Positions 26,280 to 35,111 of a stretch of DNA of 64,000 nucleotides are shown piece after piece. The notes beneath the pieces were generated by a model. That model made no database searches. It was not told the origin of the DNA and saw only the letters and a program-made list of their open reading frames with translations. This DNA comes from a virus. Taxonomy: Duplodnaviria; Heunggongvirae; Uroviricota; Caudoviricetes. The stretch spans positions 1 to 64,000 of the IMG/VR virus record IMGVR_UViG_3300027963_000034, one strand, 5' to 3'. Position 1 is the first letter of the stretch, and every line of letters starts with the position of its first letter. Both the position numbers and the translations under genes were made by a program.

Positions 26280-27922
26280 TATTCTACTATTAGATTAATT
26301 TTTTTACCACTCCCATCAACTGCGTCAGCTAAAACCGTATAGAATAAACCAGCAGTATTTGCTAATGTTTCTTTTGGAGTAAATGTTAATCTATATGGTG
26401 TACCTGTTTTAATTCTACCCGTCTTAATCTGGTCCATTGAACCAAATGTCAATCTACCTTCGTTATTTGTTGAAAAGTTTACCACATTAGAACCGGCATC
26501 AAACGCAACATTATCAAAAGTTAATTTAGTATTATCATATTGTAAAATTACTTCCAAACCTGCTAATCCTTCTTTTGTTAATGTACCTGTCAACACTACT
26601 TTACCATTTGCAATTGTAGAATTCAAACTTAAAGTTGCACTTTCTATTTTTGGTGTATAACTCATACTTCCAACTGAAAATGATTGGATTGTATTTCCGA
26701 TTGAATTTGTGTAAATACCCGCACTTATCTTACTTGCAATTGTGTCAGGATGAGATGAATGTGACCAATCCAAATCTCCACCCCATGCAAATACTGCATC
26801 TACTGTTTGATTTGAGTTAGTTACATATACTCTATTTTTAGGAGTTCCGTCTAACCAACTTTGATTTAATAAACCACTATACCATCTTACTGATGACGAT
26901 GTTGATTTTGGAATTGATGCTACTGAATCTACATTTATTCCCATCACATGAGCAAATATGTTATATGAATCACTTTCACTAAATGTAGTTTTACCTATTG
27001 TAACTAAACCAACTTTCTTTTCTAATACAGGTCTTGTAAAGTATGTAGATACGCCAGTAATATCAGTTTGTGCAACACCTAAAAATGCTTTATATGCATC
27101 CGATACAGTCACAATGTTATTCATAAATGATTTTTGGAATGTTGCTCCTACAAATACACCAACACTATCACCAACTTTAATACCTGATGTAAATGTTGCT
27201 TCACCACTTGCATCCAATGCTTTTTGTTGAATTGGAGATTGTGTCCAATCTATATCACCACTACCATCCGATTTCAATTTCATCAATTGTATGTTATGGT
27301 CTGTGATTGCATATCCCGATGGGAATAAAACTCTAACTTTGAATTGAGATGTATTACCCGTTATATTAGACAAAGACATTGTACCTGGGTCAGTTGTAAT
27401 TGGAGAAATATATGCACTTGCCGCATCTACTGAATATGCCAAATCCAATTTGTGAATATTAGTATACTCACCCAAATCTTTGATTACATATTTTTGAGTT
27501 GCGATGTCTCCGTTAATTGATGCATCGGTTCTTTGTATAGTCAATTGCCCTACATTCCAATCCGAATTAGCTGCGTAAGACCAAGGAGATGCTAAATATT
27601 GTGCGTATAAACTTGTTGCAGCAATACTATTTGCCGTACTTGCTGTAAATCTATAAGATGTCCAACCAGTATAATATGTTTGAACAGATGTTCCTTGTGA
27701 GAATGTAGTTGAAACATATGCCAATGCTTTATTGTTATATTGGTATCTCAACCAAAAATAACGAGGTGTAGTTGTACCCCTTACGACTGTGTATTTAACT
27801 GAAATTGTATCTCCAACTTTTAATCCGGTTGTTGGTGTTACCGATTGATTAATCGTTAATTGACTAAACGATTGTAGGGCGAACAATAAAATTGCGCCAA
27901 TAAGTAATGTGATTTTTTTCAT
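26279..27922 (-). CDS. secreted protein with cohesin-like N- and C-terminal domains and a degenerate dockerin-like region
   Basis: signal peptide; LRYQYNNKALAY, VTVSDAYKAF, WGGDLDWSHS (cf. WRGDVNLSHS in 23982), LAGLEVILQYDNTKLTF. Confidence 0.6.
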   Translation of the reverse strand: MKKITLLIGAILLFALQSFSQLTINQSVTPTTGLKVGDTISVKYTVVRGTTTPRYFWLRYQYNNKALAYVSTTFSQGTSVQTYYTGWTSYRFTASTANSIAATSLYAQYLASPWSYAANSDWNVGQLTIQRTDASINGDIATQKYVIKDLGEYTNIHKLDLAYSVDAASAYISPITTDPGTMSLSNITGNTSQFKVRVLFPSGYAITDHNIQLMKLKSDGSGDIDWTQSPIQQKALDASGEATFTSGIKVGDSVGVFVGATFQKSFMNNIVTVSDAYKAFLGVAQTDITGVSTYFTRPVLEKKVGLVTIGKTTFSESDSYNIFAHVMGINVDSVASIPKSTSSSVRWYSGLLNQSWLDGTPKNRVYVTNSNQTVDAVFAWGGDLDWSHSSHPDTIASKISAGIYTNSIGNTIQSFSVGSMSYTPKIESATLSLNSTIANGKVVLTGTLTKEGLAGLEVILQYDNTKLTFDNVAFDAGSNVVNFSTNNEGRLTFGSMDQIKTGRIKTGTPYRLTFTPKETLANTAGLFYTVLADAVDGSGKKINLIVE

Positions 27923-27923
27923 T

Positions 27924-28577
27924 TTATTTATCTCCTAATAGTTTGGTGATTAATTTATCAGAACCTTTTTTAAGTGCGTTACTCAATGATGTCTGGTTAA
28001 ATTTACCACCCTCATCTACTATAAGAGTCGACATTGAGATTTCTGACGAACTTTCTTCTACTATAACCTCTTTGTCTTTTTTACCATCTTTATATAGTGT
28101 ACCTTTTAAGCGAATTACCACTTCTTCTTCTCCACTATGAAATACGGATATGTTCTTTTTTGTTGTAAGAACATCTAAAAATATAATTGAAACTTTTAAT
28201 TTTTGTGTTGCATCTGGTGATAAGTCTAATCCTCTTTCTTGCAAATACTCTTCTAAAATATTCTTAACACCAAATTCTAATTTTCTATTTCCTGCTAATT
28301 TACCAATTTTAACTTCATTAGTAACGGATTCAACCCAAATATGGTCCTCTGCTTTATAAAATATATTTTCTGGTGAATTTTTAAATGTACCATCTAACCT
28401 CCAGTTAATTCCATTTACAATTCTTTGTATTCTTTCCGTTTGACCTGTCATTTCTAAAAATACAAATGTTAATTGTAATACTAATGCCGATATTACAAAT
28501 CCAATAAATAGATAGAGCATCCAAAATATAGCTCTCTCTTTCAGGCTTACTACCAGTGCTGTTACTTTTTGTTTCAT
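27924..28577 (-). CDS. membrane-anchored divergent CsgG-like protein
   Basis: FGVKNILEEYL and KFNQTSLSNALKK mirror LGVANIVLEYL and KFNQSTISISTKK of 18568. Confidence 0.5.
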   Translation of the reverse strand: MKQKVTALVVSLKERAIFWMLYLFIGFVISALVLQLTFVFLEMTGQTERIQRIVNGINWRLDGTFKNSPENIFYKAEDHIWVESVTNEVKIGKLAGNRKLEFGVKNILEEYLQERGLDLSPDATQKLKVSIIFLDVLTTKKNISVFHSGEEEVVIRLKGTLYKDGKKDKEVIVEESSSEISMSTLIVDEGGKFNQTSLSNALKKGSDKLITKLLGDK

Positions 28578-28599
28578 TATTTCCGTTTTACTTTACGGA

Positions 28600-28609
28600 T
28601 ATAAATATA
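28600..28609 (-). promoter_or_regulatory. TATATTTATA promoter-like motif heading the outer-membrane module
   Basis: same motif precedes ATGs at ~7839, 8176, 11957, 30136, 30630. Confidence 0.55.
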
Positions 28610-28639
28610 ACCAAAATTCCAAATACCGATAATACTCTT

Positions 28640-28825
28640 TTAATTATTTTTTTCTGTGATACTAGCTATGTAATGATGTATGGGTGTCCAAAGGCAGTAT
28701 ATACCAACTGCTTGTAAAAATGATAAATCCGGTATAATATCTATTAATTGTGATAGATATGATATTGCCAATCCAATAACGGAAGTTACCAACAATACAT
28801 TTAATGTAATTTTTAATTTTTGCAT
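28640..28825 (-). CDS. small membrane protein
   Basis: two hydrophobic segments. Confidence 0.5.
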   Translation of the reverse strand: MQKLKITLNVLLVTSVIGLAISYLSQLIDIIPDLSFLQAVGIYCLWTPIHHYIASITEKNN

Positions 28826-29274
28826 AATTTATTTTTATTTATAACGATTATAGTGTTATCGTTACAATCTACGAAAATTTTTTCAATTGGCAAAACTTTT
28901 TTAACATAATTTATTGCAATATTATCTTTTCGTTTGTCTTTAATAATTTCATCTGCTCTGGATAATTCAAAACCACAAAATTTTAAATGTGGTATATCAT
29001 TCGTTTTCTTTATTAGTTTATAAAATGATGAAAGGTAGATTTCTGTCAATATTTTATATAATAAAAATATTTTTTTTCCTATTGCAATTCTATGATAATC
29101 ATTTTCCGTTACATAAGACATTTCAAATTCAATACCACCATTAGCTTCATCTGGTCTAAAATTGACCCGAACTTCATAAGTATGTCCTTCAAATAAAAAA
29201 TGGTAGATATCGTAACCACGATAACTACCATCTTCATGTCTAAATAAAAATTCTTCTTTTAATTCGTAACTCAT
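28813..29274 (-). CDS. hypothetical protein
   Basis: ORF in gene train. Confidence 0.6.
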   Translation of the reverse strand: MSYELKEEFLFRHEDGSYRGYDIYHFLFEGHTYEVRVNFRPDEANGGIEFEMSYVTENDYHRIAIGKKIFLLYKILTEIYLSSFYKLIKKTNDIPHLKFCGFELSRADEIIKDKRKDNIAINYVKKVLPIEKIFVDCNDNTIIVINKNKLCKN

Positions 29275-29285
29275 TAATTTATATC

Positions 29286-30122
29286 TTATGCCAACAAATG
29301 ATAATACTCTTTGAAGTGTTTGATTCTATCGGCCAATCCAATAGTACCACCATTTACTCTTTTTGTGATTGAGGTTACAACTGCTTCAGTTGCTCCACCA
29401 TCAGCCATTTTGTGTAATCCATTTTTATTGAAGAACCACGCTGCTGATAATAATGCATATTTTTCAGCTACTACTTGTGGGTTAGCACAAACATCTTCAC
29501 CGATTGATTTACCAAATGCAGTATAGTTGTCTTTACCTGTTAATTGGATATAACCTCTACCACAAAATTTTGCACCATCCCCACTGCTTTCAGGTCCGTT
29601 ACCCATTCTACCACCATATACTTTGTTAGCAATCTTTTCTGGTTGTCTAGCATATGCAGCTGCTGCAGCTTCGGTTGGAAAATATTTCTTAAAGATACCA
29701 TTCAACCCTTTAGCTGAATAGTTTAAGTTTTCTTTTGTTAAACGGAATCCACCACTTTCATGTCCACATTGTGCTAAGAAGTGTGCTAATCTTAATGCAG
29801 AATCAATTTGAAATTTTTGTGCTACTGCAGGAATCATTGCAATAACTGCATCTGGAATGTGTCCTTTTAATTTTTCTAATTTCAAACCCGTAGAGTTAGA
29901 TACTGCTACCGCTTGCTGTTTTACTTCCGGATGCTCTTCTTCACCCATAATCATTGCCCAGGTCTTATCGCCTACAATACCATCCGCTGCTAAGCCATGA
30001 GCTGCTTGCCATAACTTAACTGCTTCTTCGGTTTTGGGTCCGAAGTTACCTACCGGGTCTAAATGTAATTTAACTTGAAGTTGTTTAACTTGTTCGTTGT
30101 TATCTCCTTTTCTTAATAGCAT
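29286..30122 (-). CDS. endolysin: peptidoglycan-binding domain plus GH19 catalytic domain
   Basis: GNFGPKTEEAVK..Q..GL.ADGIVGDKT; FLAQCGHESGGF, GRGYIQLTGKDNY, ITKRVNGG. Confidence 0.92.
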   Translation of the reverse strand: MLLRKGDNNEQVKQLQVKLHLDPVGNFGPKTEEAVKLWQAAHGLAADGIVGDKTWAMIMGEEEHPEVKQQAVAVSNSTGLKLEKLKGHIPDAVIAMIPAVAQKFQIDSALRLAHFLAQCGHESGGFRLTKENLNYSAKGLNGIFKKYFPTEAAAAAYARQPEKIANKVYGGRMGNGPESSGDGAKFCGRGYIQLTGKDNYTAFGKSIGEDVCANPQVVAEKYALLSAAWFFNKNGLHKMADGGATEAVVTSITKRVNGGTIGLADRIKHFKEYYHLLA

Positions 30123-30174
30123 ATTAATTGTTTAATATAAATATATTTCAATTTTGAAAAGGGATAATATTATT

Positions 30175-30303
30175 TTATCTTCCTTGACCTCTGTAATCTT
30201 TTGGTTTAGGTGTGTGTTTGTTATAACTCTTTTGTGCTCTTCCAGTTTTTCTTTTACCGAATGAAACCTTGTTAGAGTTAGACCCACCTTTAGCTTTTGC
30301 CAT
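30175..30303 (-). CDS. small basic protein (42 aa) ending YRGQGR
   Basis: MAKAKGGSNSNKVSFGKRKTGRAQKSYNKHTPKPKDYRGQGR; below ORF-track cutoff. Confidence 0.7.
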   Translation of the reverse strand: MAKAKGGSNSNKVSFGKRKTGRAQKSYNKHTPKPKDYRGQGR

Positions 30304-30332
30304 AATTAGTTATTTTCCGATTTACTTTACTC

Positions 30333-30602
30333 TTACTTCTTTGTTGTTTTAGTTGTTGCTTTTTTAGTTGCAGGTTTTGTAACTTTATCAGCTACTTTTT
30401 TAACTTCTGCTACAACTTCTTTAGCTTTCTCAACTTTAACTTTTGCTTTCTTAACTACAACTTTAACTTCTTCAACTTTCTCTTCGATTGCATCTGGAAT
30501 GTTGTTGTTGTTTGCGTCAGCGATTGTACCCTTTTTCATAAGGATATAAGTAATTGCACCTGCTACTGCTAATGTAACTACTACTAATACTAATGTACTC
30601 AT
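30333..30602 (-). CDS. single-TM protein with Lys/Val-rich tail
   Basis: N-terminal TM, DANNNNIPD loop; start moved to 30602. Confidence 0.65.
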   Translation of the reverse strand: MSTLVLVVVTLAVAGAITYILMKKGTIADANNNNIPDAIEEKVEEVKVVVKKAKVKVEKAKEVVAEVKKVADKVTKPATKKATTKTTKK

Positions 30603-30648
30603 TTGTTTTTGTTTTTGTTTTGAATTAAATATAAATATAAAAAAATTT

Positions 30649-30957
30649 TTAATTAAATTTGAGTCCAAAAAATCCATAGTTTTTTTCAATAGATTCTTCG
30701 TCATTTAATAAAATTGCTTCGTTTTCGTCTCTATAAATTGCATCAACAGGACATTCTGGAACACACGCACCACACTTAATACATACATCAGGGTTTATAT
30801 AAAGTTGCTTTCCTGCTTTTTCTTCATCACTCAATTGAGCGGCTCCCACTCCCATATTTGTAGTGGATATTGGCCCATGTATACAATCAACTGGACACAC
30901 TCTAATACATGATGTATCTATACATCCTTCACAACTTTTACCTATTATAAAACTCAT
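30649..30957 (-). CDS. ferredoxin (7Fe FdxA-type)
   Basis: CEGC....C..VCPVDCI and CIKCGACVPECPVDAI. Confidence 0.9.
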   Translation of the reverse strand: MSFIIGKSCEGCIDTSCIRVCPVDCIHGPISTTNMGVGAAQLSDEEKAGKQLYINPDVCIKCGACVPECPVDAIYRDENEAILLNDEESIEKNYGFFGLKFN

Positions 30958-31394
30958 TTTTTATCTTTTAATAACCATGAAGATGATTGTATTTTATCAC
31001 CCAATCCAAATACCATATTTATTCCTAATTTTCTACAAATTTCTCCTTCTGCAATAGTGTATTCGGTTTGGTCTCCACCATTACTAAATATAAAATTATC
31101 AAATTCATCTTTATATAGTTCATAAATCATTTTAATGGATTTATCAACTACTCTACTATTTCTTTCTATTGCTACTACTGCCCAATCTACCGGTTTTAAG
31201 GTTTCTATAACAAGCTTTCTTTCATCTTCATTCATAAACTCTTTAGAACCTTTCATTTCTCTTTGTTTATCGTTATTAACAATAACAAAAAGTTTATCAC
31301 CAAGCTCTTTGCTTCTTGTCAAATATTCAATATGTCCTTTATGAACTGGATTAAAATACCCACTTGCTATAACCAATGTTTTAGTCTTCTCCAT
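30954..31394 (-). CDS. cytidylyl/adenylyltransferase (TagD/RfaE-II-like)
   Basis: SGYFNPVHKGH HxGH motif, NGGD, KIQSSS. Confidence 0.85.
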   Translation of the reverse strand: MEKTKTLVIASGYFNPVHKGHIEYLTRSKELGDKLFVIVNNDKQREMKGSKEFMNEDERKLVIETLKPVDWAVVAIERNSRVVDKSIKMIYELYKDEFDNFIFSNGGDQTEYTIAEGEICRKLGINMVFGLGDKIQSSSWLLKDKK

Positions 31395-31629
31395 ATAGTG
31401 AAAATCTTTTTACAGGTTTTTCTACTTCTTGTTGTTTTATAATTTCAACTGTCCCTTTTCTTGCTTCTATGTAAAAATTAGTATCACCAAAATTTTGATA
31501 CCAAGCTTCTAAAGCATCGGTGAGAGATGGGTATACTGCTGAATTTTTACCATTTGCAAATACCCATCTATCTCCTGGTGGAACTCTTTTAAGTACTAAT
31601 TCTTTTTGTTCTTTGAGTTCTTTTTCCAT
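31381..31629 (-). CDS. hypothetical protein
   Basis: ORF in gene train. Confidence 0.6.
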   Translation of the reverse strand: MEKELKEQKELVLKRVPPGDRWVFANGKNSAVYPSLTDALEAWYQNFGDTNFYIEARKGTVEIIKQQEVEKPVKRFSLYGED

Positions 31630-31630
31630 A

Positions 31631-31837
31631 TTAGAATACTTCAATAATGTTTGTTTCTGATACTTTTACTACTTCGTATTCTAGCTTAACTGCTTCTTCT
31701 ACGAATTTGTTTACTAACTTAGCCTCTGCTTCCGTTACCGATAATGCGTCTACTAAATAGTTTTCCTTTTGTTTTTTGATTTTACCTTTAGCATCTTCTA
31801 CTTCGATTGCTACTTGTACTGAATAATACTTTGCCAT
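31631..31837 (-). CDS. DUF4494-like protein
   Basis: KENYLVDALSVTEAEAK...ETNIIEVF. Confidence 0.7.
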   Translation of the reverse strand: MAKYYSVQVAIEVEDAKGKIKKQKENYLVDALSVTEAEAKLVNKFVEEAVKLEYEVVKVSETNIIEVF

Positions 31838-31865
31838 TTTTGTTTCATTTTATTGTTAATAATAA

Positions 31866-31897
31866 GTAATATACGAAATATTTTTGACATTACCAAA
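31866..31897 (-). promoter_or_regulatory. Bacteroidota-type promoter
   Basis: TTTG-N20-TATATTAC. Confidence 0.6.
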
Positions 31898-31926
31898 AAA
31901 TCCCCCACTTCTTAGGGTGAGGGATT
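31895..31926 (-). terminator. intrinsic terminator
   Basis: AATCCCTCAC-CCTAAGAA-GTGGGGGATT-TTTT. Confidence 0.7.
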
Positions 31927-31951
31927 GTGAGTATATTTGACTGCGTAAATT

Positions 31952-32134
31952 TTAATTACTACTTTTAGTCTCTTCTACCGATGCTTGACGATAATCCGTG
32001 ACTACTTTTTTTAAGTCACCAATTGCAGTTCTTGCATTCTTTTGAGATACTTTTGTTGTCTTGTTGTGTTCTTCTTCAAATTTATTCCACAATTCTTTCA
32101 TTGTTTGGAATAGTTCTTCTTTTTTACTAGCCAT
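31952..32134 (-). CDS. histone H1-like (Hc1-type) small protein
   Basis: K..QKNARTAIGDLKK...DYRQASV resembles Bacteroidota Hc1-like proteins. Confidence 0.55.
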   Translation of the reverse strand: MASKKEELFQTMKELWNKFEEEHNKTTKVSQKNARTAIGDLKKVVTDYRQASVEETKSSN

Positions 32135-32160
32135 AATTGCTGTTTTTGTTTGTTATTAAA

Positions 32161-32361
32161 TTATCTTCCTCTTTTTTGACGAATTTCTAATTCTTTTAGG
32201 TAGTGTGCTTTCCAATAATATTCAACTGAAACTGGTCCATTTCTGAATTTCTTTAAATCATACTTCCATATAGACTTTGATTCATCATCTTCAAATATGT
32301 ATTCGAATTTTGTCGGTTTTTCCGTTTTACTTAAGTTTTCTTTAGAAGGTTTTGTAGACAT
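32161..32361 (-). CDS. hypothetical protein
   Basis: ORF in gene train. Confidence 0.6.
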   Translation of the reverse strand: MSTKPSKENLSKTEKPTKFEYIFEDDESKSIWKYDLKKFRNGPVSVEYYWKAHYLKELEIRQKRGR

Positions 32362-32377
32362 AACTTATTTATTAAAA

Positions 32378-32701
32378 CTAAAGTGCGAAAGACTCTCCAC
32401 AACCACATGTACGACTTGCGTTGGGGTTTATAAACTGAAAACCCTTACCATTCAATCCGTCTGAAAAATCCAATTCGGTTCCAAAAAGATATAGTAGTGA
32501 TTTGTTATCTATTAGTATTTTTACTCCCCTATTTTCTGCTAAAGTGTCAGATGGTTGTTGGTCGGTATCAAATGAAAGGTCATACGATAAACCACTACAT
32601 CCACCACCTTTAACTGCCACTCTAACGAATGGAGTTTTGAATCCACTTTCTTCAATGAGTGAATTTAGTTTTTTTGCTGCACCTTCTGATACTGTTACCA
32701 T
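32378..32701 (-). CDS. iscA: A-type Fe-S carrier (IscA/HesB)
   Basis: KGGGCSGLSY and NPNASRTCGCGESF. Confidence 0.95.
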   Translation of the reverse strand: MVTVSEGAAKKLNSLIEESGFKTPFVRVAVKGGGCSGLSYDLSFDTDQQPSDTLAENRGVKILIDNKSLLYLFGTELDFSDGLNGKGFQFINPNASRTCGCGESFAL

Positions 32702-33009
32702 TATGCGTATTTTAGTCCGAAAAATTCGTAATTCTTATGTACTGATACTTCGTCACCTGCTTTTATTGCCAAATCTTCATCTTCGTAAATTGCATTGACA
32801 GGACATTCCGGTTCACATGCACCACAATTGATACAAGTGTCTGGATTGATATACATCTGTCCACCTGGGAATGATGCTCTACCATCTCTTTCAATTTCAC
32901 CACCCGACCCTTCTATATCAATCGGGCCGTGAATACAATCTACCGGACATACACTTGCACACGCAGTATCCATACAATCAACACAACTCTTCCCAATAAT
33001 ATAAGCCAT
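32701..33009 (-). CDS. ferredoxin (7Fe FdxA-type)
   Basis: CVDC....C..VCPVDCI and CINCGACEPECPVNAI. Confidence 0.92.
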   Translation of the reverse strand: MAYIIGKSCVDCMDTACASVCPVDCIHGPIDIEGSGGEIERDGRASFPGGQMYINPDTCINCGACEPECPVNAIYEDEDLAIKAGDEVSVHKNYEFFGLKYA

Positions 33010-33019
33010 AATTTATTTT

Positions 33020-33430
33020 TTATATATGTGATTCTTCAAAGACTAATTGTTCCAATCCTTGTTTTTGTCTATAATCGTTTATTGCAGATTTGATAGCATC
33101 TTCTGCTAATACTGAACAATGGATTTTAACGGGAGGTAAGTTTAATTCCTCTACCAATTCCATATTGTCCATTTTTACTGCTTCTTCTAATGTCATACCT
33201 TTCAACCACTCCGTTGCTAATGAAGATGCTGCGATTGCAGAACCACAACCAAATGTTTTGAATTTTGCATCAGTTATGATATTGTCATTTACTTCTATTT
33301 GTAATCTCATTACATCACCACATTCTGGTGCTCCTACTAAACCTGTACCTACATTGGATTTTGATTTATCCAAAGTTCCTACATTTTTTGGGTTTTGGTA
33401 ATGGTCAATTACTTTTTCACTATAAGCCAT
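33020..33430 (-). CDS. iscU: Fe-S scaffold IscU
   Basis: MAYSEKVIDHY, GAPECGDVM, FGCGSAIASSS-like, LPPVKIHCSVLAEDA. Confidence 0.97.
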   Translation of the reverse strand: MAYSEKVIDHYQNPKNVGTLDKSKSNVGTGLVGAPECGDVMRLQIEVNDNIITDAKFKTFGCGSAIAASSLATEWLKGMTLEEAVKMDNMELVEELNLPPVKIHCSVLAEDAIKSAINDYRQKQGLEQLVFEESHI

Positions 33431-33452
33431 AATATATGATTTTGTTCATACA

Positions 33453-33484
33453 TAAATATACGACAAATTTATTACTTTACCAAA
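33453..33484 (-). promoter_or_regulatory. Bacteroidota-type promoter for iscU-fdx-iscA
   Basis: TTTG-N20-TATATTTA. Confidence 0.65.
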
Positions 33485-33487
33485 TCT

Positions 33488-34519
33488 TTATCCAATTTGC
33501 CAAGTCCTCATTCCAAATTTATTCCATGTAAATGGTTGGTGATATCCCATTTTTAATTTGTCTAATGCTTTTATAACATCATATTTTGTATTATTTGGAC
33601 AATAGAAAAACATAAATCCACCACCACCTGCTCCACTTATTTTACCGCCGGTTGCACCCGCTTTTAACGCAGTTTCGTATAATAATTCTATTTCAGGTGT
33701 ACTAATTCCTTTTGCTAATAACTTTTTTTGTTGAAATCCGTAATCCAATATTTCACCTAACCCATGTATGTTACCTTTTATCAAACAATCTTTAATCATT
33801 TTTGCTTGCTCTACTAATGCATGTAATGAAAGAATTGATGTGGTATTGTTTTCTTCCATTTTTTTAACCTGTTCAGTTAAAACATCAGAACTATTACGAG
33901 TAAAATTTGTAAAATAAAGAACTATGTTATTTTCCATTTCATCCTGAACTTTATCTTTTATTCTAATTGGATTTACAATTACATCATCTCCTTTAAATTC
34001 CATATAATTAAATCCACCAAATGCGGCTGCATATTGGTCTTGTTTTCCACCATTCTCTTTTAGTTCAACTCTTTCAATTTGTATTGCCATTTCTGCAATA
34101 TCATATTCACCCAATGGTAAATTAAATAATTCCATATAAACACCAATAAGAGAAACTATGAGAGTAGATGAAGTACCTAAACCACTACCCGTTGGAACAT
34201 CCTGATTTGATACAATATCATATCCAATTGGCTCTATCTTAAATCGTTTACAAATGTGATTATGAGTTGCTTTAAACAACTTTAATCCATATGAACAATC
34301 TAACTCACTACCAAACTCATGCTCCTCAAATTCGTTCTTATTTACCCATTTAAACGTAACCTTTGTATCATCTCTTAATTGTAAAGATGTATGAGTGAAT
34401 AAACGAATGGTGGTATTGATTACCGCTCCAATATGATTTTTTGAATATGATGGCATATCACTACCACCACCACCAAAACTAATCCTGAATGGGACTTTGC
34501 TCCTGTAAATTTTCTTCAT
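33488..34519 (-). CDS. hddA: GHMP kinase, D-glycero-alpha-D-manno-heptose-7-phosphate kinase-like
   Basis: PFRISFGGGGSD, PTGSGLGTSS, GGKQDQYAAAFGG, GAGGGGF. Confidence 0.85.
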   Translation of the reverse strand: MKKIYRSKVPFRISFGGGGSDMPSYSKNHIGAVINTTIRLFTHTSLQLRDDTKVTFKWVNKNEFEEHEFGSELDCSYGLKLFKATHNHICKRFKIEPIGYDIVSNQDVPTGSGLGTSSTLIVSLIGVYMELFNLPLGEYDIAEMAIQIERVELKENGGKQDQYAAAFGGFNYMEFKGDDVIVNPIRIKDKVQDEMENNIVLYFTNFTRNSSDVLTEQVKKMEENNTTSILSLHALVEQAKMIKDCLIKGNIHGLGEILDYGFQQKKLLAKGISTPEIELLYETALKAGATGGKISGAGGGGFMFFYCPNNTKYDVIKALDKLKMGYHQPFTWNKFGMRTWQIG

Positions 34520-35078
34520 ATTCTGTGATTTGTCCTCCGTTTTCTGCGTACCAATTTTTTACATTTCTTTCTCCTACTAATAAGAAGAAACAATTGTAGC
34601 ACAGAGGTCTAATGTTATCTAATTTTCTATTATTTAAATTTCCATCAAGGAAGTCAATTAATAATGGCATTTTTCCATCGGTAATTCTCGCTTCACTAAA
34701 TCCACAACTACCACATACTTTTGGTATATACCCACTATCAAATAACTTATTTTTAAATTTGTGTAAAGGATAATGTAGATGTTTACCATCTATCAAATCA
34801 TCTATATGATATTTTTTATTACGAATCCCCTTTGCTCTTTCAATACCAATCCCATGTGGGTTTTTTAAATCTTCAAAAACACCATACATTTTGGCATATT
34901 TTTTGTAGGTATTATACGATATACCCAATGTTCTAGCCGCTTCAAATGCCGAACGGGATTTTTCTTGTGCTGCTCTAATTTGGGATTCTAAAATAGGTTT
35001 AGCTCCTAAACCTCGTTTTGTAATTCTACTATTTTCTAAATTGGGGAAGAAACCAGTTACTTCTTCTTGATTTTCCAT
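34479..35078 (-). CDS. HTH plus degenerate HNH-like Zn-binding protein
   Basis: EAARTLGISYNTY HTH; CGSCG..LIDFLDGN..N...N...LCYNC with the usual His residues absent. Confidence 0.6.
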   Translation of the reverse strand: MENQEEVTGFFPNLENSRITKRGLGAKPILESQIRAAQEKSRSAFEAARTLGISYNTYKKYAKMYGVFEDLKNPHGIGIERAKGIRNKKYHIDDLIDGKHLHYPLHKFKNKLFDSGYIPKVCGSCGFSEARITDGKMPLLIDFLDGNLNNRKLDNIRPLCYNCFFLLVGERNVKNWYAENGGQITEYEENLQEQSPIQD

Positions 35079-35111
35079 ACTAATAACTATTTAATTATAC
35101 CAATAAGTATA

